This document shows, piece after piece, positions 27,735 to 37,472 of a DNA stretch of 64,000 nt. Origin of the DNA: Desulfobacterales bacterium. GTDB lineage: Bacteria; Desulfobacterota; Desulfobacteria; Desulfobacterales; UBA5616. The translations under genes and the position numbers were made by a program. Numbering within the stretch: the first letter of the stretch is position 1; every line of letters begins with the position of its first letter. Under the pieces are notes generated by a model. It had not been told where the DNA came from, searched no databases, and saw only the letters and a list, made by a program, of their open reading frames with translations. Where the stretch lies: positions 1 through 64,000 of the forward strand of contig JAWODC010000044.1 in assembly GCA_046483495.1 (NCBI GenBank), given 5' to 3'.

Positions 27735-28868
27735 ATGGATCTGGATTTAAATAAAGAACAGAAAATATTGAAAAAATCCGCTCAAGAATTTCTTAAAAAG
27801 GAATGTCCCACATCGCTGTTGAGGGAAATGAAAGACGATGAAAAAGGCTATCCTGAAGCATTGTGGAAAAAGATGGCCGATCTGGGATGGATGGGCGTCA
27901 TGATTCCGGAGGCGTATGACGGAATAGGGGGCGATTTTCTCGACCTTGCCATTTTACTGGAGTCCATGGGTGAAGTGAATTGCCCCGGCCCCTTTTTTTC
28001 AACCGTTGTTTTGGGGGCGACGGCCATAATCGAGGCCGGAAATGAATCGCAGAAGAAGGCTCTTTTACCCGGAATTGCAAATGGCGATCTCATATTAGCA
28101 TATGCTGCAACAGAACCGGAAATGTATTATGACGCCGCTGCCATCACGATGACGGCCAAACCGGCAGGCGAATCCTTCGAGCTTACCGGTACAAAGCTTT
28201 TTGTAGAGAATGCCCATATCGCTGATTACATGATTTGCGCCGCCAGAACATCCGGCCGGGCCGGGGACCGGGGCGGCATTAGCCTTTTTCTCGTAAATGC
28301 GAAAAGGCCGGGCATTTCGGTGCATATGCTCGACACGCTGGCCTTTGATAAGCAATGTGAAGTGGTTTTCGATCAAGTCAAGGTAAACCGGGAGGATGTC
28401 ATCGGCGGTATCGACGGCGCCTGGGAAATAATGGACCGTCTGCAAACCATTGCCATAACCGGAAAATGTGCCGAGATGGTCGGCGGCATACAGACGGCGT
28501 TCGATACAACGGTTGCCTATGCCAAGGAAAGAAAACAGTTCAACAGGCCCATCGGCAGTTTTCAGGCGGTCCAGCACCATTGCTCCAACATGGTGATGGA
28601 CGTGGACAGCGCGAGGTTTATCACCTACAAAGCGGCATGGGAAATCGCAGAAGGTATGGATGCGTCCTTAAGCGCCGCCATGGCCAAGGCATGGACCGGA
28701 ACCGCCGGCCAACGGGTCACCATTCTGGCCCATCAGATCCATGGTGCCATTGCGTTTTGTGAAGAAATGGATCTTCACCTCTACTACCGCCGCGCCAAAG
28801 CGGGAGAGGTGTTTATGGGTGACAGCGATTTTTATCTGGAAAAGATTGCGCACGGTATCGGACTCTGA
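27735..28868 (+). CDS. Acyl-CoA dehydrogenase, FadE27-like beta subunit
   Basis: LWKKMADLGW, PGPFFST, RKQFNRPIGSFQAVQH, QIHGAIAF, LHLYYRRAK; lacks the SEPxxGSD motif. Confidence 0.9.
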   Translation: MDLDLNKEQKILKKSAQEFLKKECPTSLLREMKDDEKGYPEALWKKMADLGWMGVMIPEAYDGIGGDFLDLAILLESMGEVNCPGPFFSTVVLGATAIIEAGNESQKKALLPGIANGDLILAYAATEPEMYYDAAAITMTAKPAGESFELTGTKLFVENAHIADYMICAARTSGRAGDRGGISLFLVNAKRPGISVHMLDTLAFDKQCEVVFDQVKVNREDVIGGIDGAWEIMDRLQTIAITGKCAEMVGGIQTAFDTTVAYAKERKQFNRPIGSFQAVQHHCSNMVMDVDSARFITYKAAWEIAEGMDASLSAAMAKAWTGTAGQRVTILAHQIHGAIAFCEEMDLHLYYRRAKAGEVFMGDSDFYLEKIAHGIGL

Positions 28869-29077
28869 TTTTGATAAGGTTTTGGAATCGCCCTCCGGGT
28901 TTGCCTGTACCAACCCGAACAACATCCTTTAGGCGCACCCGGCCGTCGGCTGTCGGGTGCCGCCGGATAAATCGAAAACGAGTGGAAAATAATTGAGTTT
29001 TTTTTGCAAATACGCTATCAGAAATGCACATCCCGTCATGGACTTACTGTTGATTTCATCGCCGTAGGTAGGTTGAA

Positions 29078-29584
29078 ATGACACAATGCGTATTGTTAAA
29101 CGCCGATTATTCATTTTTAAACCTGGTGGATTGGAAGAGGGCGGTGCGTTTGATTGCAAAGGAAAAGGTTACCATTCTTTCCTATTCTGAAAAAACCATC
29201 AAGTGCGGTCGAGGAACGCCTTTCAAGCTTCCCACGGTGATGAAGCTCGTAAAGCTCGTCAAAATATTGTACAGCGTCAGGATCCCTTTCAACAAGAAAA
29301 ACGTCATCACACGGGACGGGTTCAGATGCGCCTATTGCGGCAGGTTTTCCAAAAATCTTACCATTGACCACGTTATCCCGCGATCCAGAGGAGGATCCAC
29401 ATCGTACGAAAACTGCGTTGCCAGTTGCTTTGCATGCAATGCGAAAAAAAGAAACCTGACCCCGAAAGAAGCCCGAATGACAGTCCGAAACCGATTGTAT
29501 CACCCCACCATCTCGGAATTTCTGCGACAAAAAGCGCTTCAAATGGGCATATTCAAAGAAATTGCCGAATTGGGGCTGTATTGA
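29078..29584 (+). CDS. HNH endonuclease (McrA-like)
   Basis: LLNADY, RDGFRCAYCG, TIDHVIPRSRGG, NCVASCFACN. Confidence 0.92.
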   Translation: MTQCVLLNADYSFLNLVDWKRAVRLIAKEKVTILSYSEKTIKCGRGTPFKLPTVMKLVKLVKILYSVRIPFNKKNVITRDGFRCAYCGRFSKNLTIDHVIPRSRGGSTSYENCVASCFACNAKKRNLTPKEARMTVRNRLYHPTISEFLRQKALQMGIFKEIAELGLY

Positions 29585-29636
29585 CCGGCGACCGAGTTCG
29601 ACAAAAGAACGATGGGATGCCGCCGGCGGGCGAAAA

Positions 29637-30062
29637 TTACGCTCCAAAAGGCACAGGCTTTCCGGTTCTGTAGGCGAGGGCGTTGCATGTCGCCACCAAC
29701 CGGTTTTCGGCATCTACTACGGTGATGCTGTAGCCCGCCGTTTTCCTGGTCTTGTGGACCTCTTTTGCGGTGGCTGTAAGGCGGGTTTCTTCAGACGGCC
29801 CGGCGATATAGGTTACCGACACGTTCAGGGCCACGGCAATGGAACCGTGGGTTTGACAGGCGAGCTGGAAGGCCTCGTCGATCAGCGCGAAAATCGCCCC
29901 GCCGTGTGCGCGTCCATAAATGTTGTTCATCTTCAATGGGGTATATACCATTTCAACTTGGGCGTAACCGCTTTCGAGCGCTTTAAGTTCAATGCCCAGC
30001 AGCGATGCAAAAGGCTCCTGTCGGGAGACTTCGGTCAATCCGATTTTCAGCTCATTGTCCAT
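29637..30062 (-). CDS. PaaI-family hotdog thioesterase
   Basis: EPFASLLGI, NIYGRAHGGAIFALIDEAF; likely start MDNELK at 30062. Confidence 0.88.
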   Translation of the reverse strand: MDNELKIGLTEVSRQEPFASLLGIELKALESGYAQVEMVYTPLKMNNIYGRAHGGAIFALIDEAFQLACQTHGSIAVALNVSVTYIAGPSEETRLTATAKEVHKTRKTAGYSITVVDAENRLVATCNALAYRTGKPVPFGA

Positions 30063-30291
30063 GTCGGTTGTGTCCTGTTTTTGCGTTGTCCGCGTGTTCA
30101 TTGGTTTATTTTGAATACACCGCCCTGATTTTTTCTTCAACGTTTTTCTATACTCCTTATTCATGGCATCGCTTCTAAAATTGAAAAATTTTCGACACTT
30201 GACACCCAGGGTGATTTTTTTTACGATAGATGAACGTGTTTTTTTCTGATCAGTCATTTTTAACCCCCATGGTTTTCAAAGGATACGGCTT

Positions 30292-31311
30292 ATGGCGAGT
30301 GCGGTAGTGATGGCGGGATATCAGAATAAGCGGGAAGTCAAGCGCTATAGCAAAATCGTTGCAGAAAACTATGGAGAGACGTTTATCGAGACGGGATATA
30401 AGCCGTTAAGGGAATTTCGGGTGGAAGACGGCGGCGTTTCGGTCAGCAAGCCGCTGGTGCAATTCACGTTGGAATTGCTGTTGAAGATCGATAATGTCAA
30501 GGACATCATCGTCGTCGGTCACCAGATGCTGCTCGAGCAGCGCCTTGGCGAATTTTTCAAAACATCTGCAAAGCCGATAAAGGTCGTCAATCAAAACCAA
30601 AAATTGGCCGGACAGATTGCCAAACAGTACAACATTGAAAAAAAACATGTGAAATTCAATTCACTGGCGGGAAACATGATTAAAGGATACGCTGAAACCG
30701 ATGCGGCGAAAACATCCGAACATGCACTGTTTGTGGCCTCGGATTCTCCGTTGACGAAAATCGATTTCGTTCGCCGTTTTATCGAACTTTCCAGCGTGTT
30801 TTTGGATGAATATGCTGTTATCGTTCCGGCGGTGCTTATCGGTGACGACAAGATGGGCAGAAAACCGCTGCGCCTTAAAAACGACAGTGGATACCCTGTC
30901 AAACACAGCTATACCGATGCATACGGACGTTACGGTTTCAGGCTTTCTTCCGTCCTATTCGGTAATCCGACACGGTTTGACATCAATACCGTCAATACCG
31001 CATACAACCTGAGAAAATTCTTGAATCCAAAGGTTCAGATTCGATTGTTCAGCATCACGCGAAGTCTTGGATTTGCCAATGTCTATTCGAAGTATTTTTT
31101 AAGAAAGGACCTGAGCATCAGGGACTGTGAACAAATTACATCCCAATTTTTCAGGGGACCGCTCAAACTGATTCCCATGGAAGGAGAAGAATCGACCTAC
31201 GATTATGACGGAACCGATAAAGAGTTTCGCTTCATTAAGCAGATGCTGGCCAAACAGGCTGTTTCCGATCATCCCATATCAGCGAATTCGGAATTGAAGC
31301 GAACCTCCTGA
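30292..31311 (+). CDS. Nucleotidyltransferase-like (GT-A/MobA-like) protein of unknown function
   Basis: AVVMAG start, YKPL, IIVVG, FVASDSPL, late YDYD motif. Confidence 0.55.
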   Translation: MASAVVMAGYQNKREVKRYSKIVAENYGETFIETGYKPLREFRVEDGGVSVSKPLVQFTLELLLKIDNVKDIIVVGHQMLLEQRLGEFFKTSAKPIKVVNQNQKLAGQIAKQYNIEKKHVKFNSLAGNMIKGYAETDAAKTSEHALFVASDSPLTKIDFVRRFIELSSVFLDEYAVIVPAVLIGDDKMGRKPLRLKNDSGYPVKHSYTDAYGRYGFRLSSVLFGNPTRFDINTVNTAYNLRKFLNPKVQIRLFSITRSLGFANVYSKYFLRKDLSIRDCEQITSQFFRGPLKLIPMEGEESTYDYDGTDKEFRFIKQMLAKQAVSDHPISANSELKRTS

Positions 31312-31628
31312 ACCAATTCTTTCTCCTTCAAAACAGATTTGATTTTTTTTCGCAAGTCGGGGTCGGAAATGGGCTGTATTCGGCTGATGAACCGTCCGGA
31401 ATCATGCCGCCTGCTTTTCCATTCCATCACAAATCCGGGGACGATGGCGTATCCGCATCCCCCGGTACCACAGCATGACGTATCGAAGACGGCATGCCCG
31501 ACCATAAACAAAACCTCGCGTCCGTCCACGTGGAGTCTATCCTCCTTTATTATCGAGTATCCCCCGCCGATCGCCCTGACTTCTTCGTTCAGGTCGGGAT
31601 GAATGAAATCGGTTACCCTCTCGTTCAT
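31269..31628 (-). CDS. Hypothetical protein with an SCCGxGGC motif
   Basis: 119-aa ORF with a GGAG RBS upstream on the minus strand; overlaps the 3' end of the convergent gene. Confidence 0.7.
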   Translation of the reverse strand: MNERVTDFIHPDLNEEVRAIGGGYSIIKEDRLHVDGREVLFMVGHAVFDTSCCGTGGCGYAIVPGFVMEWKSRRHDSGRFISRIQPISDPDLRKKIKSVLKEKELVQEVRFNSEFADMG

Positions 31629-31944
31629 GTTTTACGGCTCCATCTTTCGGCAGTGCGGTCGGTCAAAGCCCACTGCTCCCGCATCTGTATTGATGACAAA
31701 AAACTCAGTTTGCACCTGTGCGTACAGTCTGATATGGATCAATATAGAATTGATCGGACCGCAAGTCAAACGTTTAAGCGGCGTTTGGCCTCTTGTGGCT
31801 TAAACCGATCTCTCCCGGCGGTGCCGGTTCTCAAGCCGCCCCGCACTTCGTCATTTCGGTGCCCCGATGAAATCCTTGGTAAAAATCGTTCGACAAATCG
31901 GATGTGCATGAACATCGAAACCAGATAGCTCTACGAATATACGC

Positions 31945-34900
31945 ATGATGAAACCCCTTGAGGTCATGAATACGCCGCTTACCGGCATCCATTTGATAGA
32001 GGCGAGCGCCGGGACCGGCAAAACCTACACCATTGAAGGCCTTTATCTTCGGCTTATACTCGAGCGCGGATTGTCTCCGGAGCAGATTCTCGTGGTTACA
32101 TTCACCCGTGCCGCCACGGACGAATTGAAAAACAGGATACGATCCAAATTGTCGAATATGTCGGAAGCCCTTGAAACGGGAAGCGGAGTGGATGCGTTTA
32201 CGGAAAATATGATGGACCGGATAGACGATTATGCTGCAGCGTGGAAAGATATCAACCGTTCCCTTGTCGATTTCGACAAGGCGGCGGTTTATACGATACA
32301 TGGATTTTGCCGGCGCATTCTTGCCGAAAATGCCTTTGAAACCGGCTGTCCGTTCGATGTAAACGTCATTCCGGAGCAGTCGGAGCTATTGGAAACGATT
32401 GCCGAGGATTTCTGGCGAATCCATTTTTATCAGGCGCCGCCGGAACTCGCGAACTATGCACGGGTCCGTTTGTCCGGACCATCGTTCTTTGCCGACCTTG
32501 CCGAAGGGCTTGGCTTAGAAGATGGGTTTATCATCGGGCAAACACGGGCCTCGAATTTCGATGACCTTCTGAAGAATGTACGATCCGGTTTTCAGCAGCT
32601 CAAGGATGCCTGGCAATCTTTCAGCAGTGACATCATGAACCGCCTTCGAAATCCTTGCCTGAATGCAAACAGGTACGGTGCTCTGAATCCGGAACCCGAC
32701 CACCCACAAAAGAGCAGGCGCGATATCCGTCTTGAGCGGATGGCAAAGGAAATGGACCGGTTTACCCGAATGTCATACCCCGTTCTCCCCCTTTTCGAAA
32801 GGTTCGATAACTTCACCCAACAGAGGATTATTTCATCCACGAAAAAAGACCATGAACCACCGATGCATCCATTTTTCGCTCTTTGCAGTAATTTCGCGCA
32901 AATGTGCCGAAGCCTCGAATCCGAAATGGATCTATGGTTAAAAAACGTGAAGCATGCATTTTTGGTGTACGCTCAAAAAGAACTGGCCCGGCGGAAACAG
33001 CGAAACGGCATCATGCATTATGATGATTTGCTCACACATGTGAGGCATGCGCTGGACACCGAAAACGGCCCGCTGTTGAAAAAGAGAATCAGACAGGCTT
33101 ACCGGGCAGCCCTCGTGGATGAATTTCAGGACACGGACACACTGCAATACCATCTTTTTCTTGACATCTTCGGGCATTCTGAAGGCTTGTTCGTGATGAT
33201 CGGAGATCCGAAGCAGGCGATCTACGATTTTCGGGGCGCCGATATCTTTTCTTACATGGCGGCAGCCCAAAACACACAAAGCACTTACACGCTGCAGCAA
33301 AACTACCGATCCGAATCCTGCTTGATCACAGCAGTGAACACCGTTTTTTCAAACCGATCCAACCCGTTTTTATTCAAGAATATCAATTATGAAACGATTA
33401 CGCCGGGGAATTCGCAAGAATCGAATATATACGGAATTCCTTCGGGACTTGTCATCTGGCATCCGTTCTTCGAAAACGGATCCGAACCCGGAAAAGTCAT
33501 CCCCAAGCAAGTTATCATGCCCCGTGCCGCCGATGCCGTGGCCTTGGAAATCATTCAACTGATGCGCCGATCCGGCAATGCCCTTTTACTCAAGGATATC
33601 GCTGTTCTCGTACGAACGAATCGGCAGGCCCGGTTGATGCAGGATCATCTGACTGCCGCCGGAATTTCTGCCGTACTGTATCAGACAGGAAGCGTTTTCG
33701 AAACCCGTGAGGCGCTCGAAATTCAACGCATACTTCATGCCGTCTCCGAACCCGGCAGCCGAAAACAATTGAAAGCCGCTCTAAGTACGGATATTTTGGG
33801 GGCAACGGCGAATGAACTGTACACCTCTGATTCACCGGTTTTCGAGATGATGCTCTCCCGTTTTAAAACCTATCAAATGCTTTGGAAGAAGCACGGATTT
33901 ATTCGTATGTTCAGGAGATTACTGTCCGAGGCAAAGGCAAAGGAACGGCTGATGAAATATCCGGACGGCGAGAGGAGGTTGACCAATATTATCCATTTAT
34001 CGGAAATACTTCACAAAACGGATCGTGAGAAACAATTCGGCATCAAAGGGGTGATCAAGTGGCTTTACGAAAAAAGGGCATCCGAGGGCTCCGATTTGGA
34101 AGAGCATCTGATTCGACTCGAAAGCGACGCCGATGCCGTTCATATCCTTACCATACATAAGAGTAAAGGGCTTGAATTTCCAATCGTTTTCTGCCCGTTC
34201 CCTTGGGACGGCTCCACTATTCGTGACAACCGAATTCTGTATCATGATCCTGAAAACAACCACCGGCGCGTTATGGACCTGGGTTCGGCCGATTTCGATG
34301 ATCATAAGCGGCATGCCCGGGATGAGCGGCTTGCCGAAAACATTCGGTTGTTGTATGTAGCGCTTACGCGTGCGAAGACGCGGTGCTATATGGTCTGGGG
34401 AAGAATCAAAGGAGCCGATACTGCGGCGGCGGCTTATCTTTTTCATTATACGAAAAGTATTTCGGCCGGTATAACCGAAGCATTGCAGCAGGAAATGACG
34501 GCGGCATCCGATGAGAGGCTGTTCGATGATTTAAACCGACTTGCCGACAAATCGAAGCATGCAATCACTGTGGCGCCGCTTCCGGAAAAGCACAATGACG
34601 ATGTTGCGATGCAAAAAACGCGAAGGGAATGTCCCCTTCAATGCAGGAGGTTTTCGAAAACCATCGGTCGAAGCTTCGGTATCGCAAGCTATTCATCCCT
34701 GATCCATGGGATTGACGCAGAAGGCGAAGAAGCGGAAGGTGACGCCGTTATATCACTCGCGAACGATGGCCGGAATGTCAATACACCTGAAAATGAAAAC
34801 GATCGATCGGATGATTTCGATATTCTGAAATTCCCGGGAGGCATTCGAACCGGCCTTCTTTTCCATGATCTTTTTCAAAACGCTGCATATGAGGAAGCTG

Positions 34901-35568
34901 AAAACGGCGGCAATTTTCGACTGATAGAGGAGAAATTGAACGAATATGGATTCGATATCGCCTGGTGTGCCGCCGTTGAAAAGATGATGCAGCAGGTGCT
35001 TCAGTCGCCGCTGCGATGCGATAAAGAGGGGGATGTCGGAGCACCGGCGTTATCATCGATTCCGAAACCAAACCGTATCCATGAAATGGCCTTTTACTTC
35101 AGGATGAAACAAACTCTTCCGGCCGATATACTTGCGGCTGTGAATGGGACCGGAAGGGGCGGCATATCCCCCGACATCCCGCTTTCAGCCGAAAAGATGA
35201 ATGCTTCCCCGATCGAAGGATTCATGAAGGGATATGTGGACATGGTATTTGTGCATGACAACCGATACTTTATTGTCGATTGGAAATCCAATTACCTCGG
35301 TCCATCCCCGGAGGATTACCGCAGAGAGCTGTTAAAAGGCGTAATGGAAGATCGCCATTACGTGCTGCAGTATCACATTTACACGCTGGCGCTGCATCGC
35401 TATCTCGCATTGCGAATGCCCGGATATCGTTACGTTCGGAATTTCGGAGGCGTATTTTATCTTTTTGTCCGCGGCATGGATGCGAAGAACAGCAGCGGGC
35501 CCGGCATATTTTACGATAAGCCCGATGCATTCCGAATCAGCCTTCTCGAAACGTTGTTAACAACATGA
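31945..35568 (+). CDS. recB: Exodeoxyribonuclease V beta subunit
   Basis: IEASAGTGKTYTI, VDEFQDTD, IGDPKQAIY, TIHKSKGLEF, RLLYVALTRA, nuclease GYVD...DWKSN. Confidence 0.96.
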   Translation: MMKPLEVMNTPLTGIHLIEASAGTGKTYTIEGLYLRLILERGLSPEQILVVTFTRAATDELKNRIRSKLSNMSEALETGSGVDAFTENMMDRIDDYAAAWKDINRSLVDFDKAAVYTIHGFCRRILAENAFETGCPFDVNVIPEQSELLETIAEDFWRIHFYQAPPELANYARVRLSGPSFFADLAEGLGLEDGFIIGQTRASNFDDLLKNVRSGFQQLKDAWQSFSSDIMNRLRNPCLNANRYGALNPEPDHPQKSRRDIRLERMAKEMDRFTRMSYPVLPLFERFDNFTQQRIISSTKKDHEPPMHPFFALCSNFAQMCRSLESEMDLWLKNVKHAFLVYAQKELARRKQRNGIMHYDDLLTHVRHALDTENGPLLKKRIRQAYRAALVDEFQDTDTLQYHLFLDIFGHSEGLFVMIGDPKQAIYDFRGADIFSYMAAAQNTQSTYTLQQNYRSESCLITAVNTVFSNRSNPFLFKNINYETITPGNSQESNIYGIPSGLVIWHPFFENGSEPGKVIPKQVIMPRAADAVALEIIQLMRRSGNALLLKDIAVLVRTNRQARLMQDHLTAAGISAVLYQTGSVFETREALEIQRILHAVSEPGSRKQLKAALSTDILGATANELYTSDSPVFEMMLSRFKTYQMLWKKHGFIRMFRRLLSEAKAKERLMKYPDGERRLTNIIHLSEILHKTDREKQFGIKGVIKWLYEKRASEGSDLEEHLIRLESDADAVHILTIHKSKGLEFPIVFCPFPWDGSTIRDNRILYHDPENNHRRVMDLGSADFDDHKRHARDERLAENIRLLYVALTRAKTRCYMVWGRIKGADTAAAAYLFHYTKSISAGITEALQQEMTAASDERLFDDLNRLADKSKHAITVAPLPEKHNDDVAMQKTRRECPLQCRRFSKTIGRSFGIASYSSLIHGIDAEGEEAEGDAVISLANDGRNVNTPENENDRSDDFDILKFPGGIRTGLLFHDLFQNAAYEEAENGGNFRLIEEKLNEYGFDIAWCAAVEKMMQQVLQSPLRCDKEGDVGAPALSSIPKPNRIHEMAFYFRMKQTLPADILAAVNGTGRGGISPDIPLSAEKMNASPIEGFMKGYVDMVFVHDNRYFIVDWKSNYLGPSPEDYRRELLKGVMEDRHYVLQYHIYTLALHRYLALRMPGYRYVRNFGGVFYLFVRGMDAKNSSGPGIFYDKPDAFRISLLETLLTT

Positions 35569-37421
35569 GCCATATGGATACCTGCCTGATCGATCATCTT
35601 TACCAAAACCGCCGCATCACCTATTTGGACGTTCAGTTTGCCTTGTTTTTGGCGCGCGTTGCGCCCGGAACGGACCCGGACGTCCCTGCTACGGCCGCAC
35701 TGGCCGGCAGTGCCGCAGAAAAAAAGCATGTATGTATACATCTTTCCGAGGCGGCCGAAATTCTGTCAAGCATACACCGAAATGAGCATGAGGACATGCC
35801 GCGCTCTTATGTCCCAATGCTGCGGCAAAAGCTTCTTGCCAGTCCTCTGGTCGGAGAGCCGGGTGACAGGCGGCCACTTATCCTGGATGACAACGACAGA
35901 ATCTATTTGTACCGGTACTGGCGCTGCGAGACGCGTCTGGCCGAGCGTTTATGCGAAAGGTTCGATGCGCCGCTTCTGAACGTGAATACCGCACTTCTTC
36001 ATGAAAGTCTGAACCGATATTTTCCATCGAACACAGGGCCGGAAAATAACCTGTACCAACGGGCCCTGATCACCGCGTGCTTTAAGCCGATATGCATTAT
36101 CACCGGAGGCCCGGGGACCGGAAAAACCACTACGGTAGTCAAGATTCTCCTATCGCTGATGGACCAACGGCCGGATTTCGATCTTCGCATCCTTATGGCC
36201 GCCCCCACCGGAAAATCCGCCGCACGGCTGGGAGAATCCATCCGGAACGCGTTGACTCATGTGGCGGGCCGGCGGACAGGGAAGGCGGCTTTTCCGCGGC
36301 CGCAAACGCTTCACCGGCTGCTGGCCCCTGTGAAGGGGTCTTCGTCCGTATTCACTTATGGGAGCGAACGGCCGCTGTCCGCGGATATCGTAGTCTTGGA
36401 TGAAGCCTCGATGGTGGATCTATCCATGATGTCGAAATTTATGGACGCCGTTCCGAAAAATGCTCGTCTGATTCTGGTAGGCGACCCTTATCAATTGGCA
36501 TCGGTTGAGGCCGGCTCCGCCTTCGGGGACATGTGTACGGCATGCACGGGCCGATACACTTCACAATGGGATGCGCTTGTACAAGCCGTCATTCAAAAAG
36601 ATTTCGAGCCCACCCGTATCCAACGCGTAAAATACGGCAAAAGCGCCGATTCCGTCGTTCGTCTCGACAGCGGGTTCCGCTTTGCGGAAAGTCCGGGGAT
36701 CGACACGCTGAACAGGGCTGTTGTAAGAGGGGATAGTAAAGAAGCGTTTCGCCTTTTTTCCGATTCCGCCTTCCCGGAAATCCGGTTTGAAAATGCCGGC
36801 TCACGGCAAAAATTGAACGAAATTCTTGAAAGAAATGTCATAACAGGATATAGGGATTACCTCACGGAAGAAACGCCTGCCGCCGCTCTGGAAAAACTGA
36901 ATTCCTTTAAAATCTTATGTGCACTCAGAAAAGGTGAATTCGGGGTCGAGCGCATCAATCGATTTGCGGAATGGATATTATCGAAGCACGGTCTGATAAG
37001 ACTCGACGATCCGTGGTATGCGGGGCGGCCGATATTAATCACGAAAAATGATTACCGGCAGGAACTGTTTAACGGCGATTTGGGCATTCTTTGGAATGTC
37101 GACGGAAATATTAACATGGCCTGTTTTCCTTCCGAAGACGGATCGATACGATATATTTCCCCTTATCGACTGCCGAGGCATAAAACCGCATACGCCGTAA
37201 CCGTACACAAAAGCCAGGGTTCTGAATTTTCAAGCGTATTATTGGTGCTGCCAAAAAACGACACCGCGCTTTTGACCCGTGAACTGCTGTACACCGGTAT
37301 GTCCAGGGCCGCCCGCGAATTGACGGTCTGCGGTGTAAAGGCAATATTCAACACGGCCGTATCCCGGGTAATTCACCGAAATTCCGGATTGGCGGATGCC
37401 GTAAGGAAAGGCTCCGGGTAA
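35565..37421 (+). CDS. recD: Exodeoxyribonuclease V alpha subunit
   Basis: GGPGTGKTTT, APTGKSAARL, DEASM, QLASVEAG, TVHKSQGSEF; ATGA overlap with recB. Confidence 0.96.
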   Translation: MSHMDTCLIDHLYQNRRITYLDVQFALFLARVAPGTDPDVPATAALAGSAAEKKHVCIHLSEAAEILSSIHRNEHEDMPRSYVPMLRQKLLASPLVGEPGDRRPLILDDNDRIYLYRYWRCETRLAERLCERFDAPLLNVNTALLHESLNRYFPSNTGPENNLYQRALITACFKPICIITGGPGTGKTTTVVKILLSLMDQRPDFDLRILMAAPTGKSAARLGESIRNALTHVAGRRTGKAAFPRPQTLHRLLAPVKGSSSVFTYGSERPLSADIVVLDEASMVDLSMMSKFMDAVPKNARLILVGDPYQLASVEAGSAFGDMCTACTGRYTSQWDALVQAVIQKDFEPTRIQRVKYGKSADSVVRLDSGFRFAESPGIDTLNRAVVRGDSKEAFRLFSDSAFPEIRFENAGSRQKLNEILERNVITGYRDYLTEETPAAALEKLNSFKILCALRKGEFGVERINRFAEWILSKHGLIRLDDPWYAGRPILITKNDYRQELFNGDLGILWNVDGNINMACFPSEDGSIRYISPYRLPRHKTAYAVTVHKSQGSEFSSVLLVLPKNDTALLTRELLYTGMSRAARELTVCGVKAIFNTAVSRVIHRNSGLADAVRKGSG

Positions 37422-37472
37422 GGGTATTTTACCCGGGAAGGCGTTATTTTCACCCCAGAAGGAGACAGCTTT

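Noticed and set aside
31715..31725. CTGT…ACAG as an SOS box upstream of recB
   Set aside because: The spacer is much shorter than the 8 bp of the E. coli LexA box.
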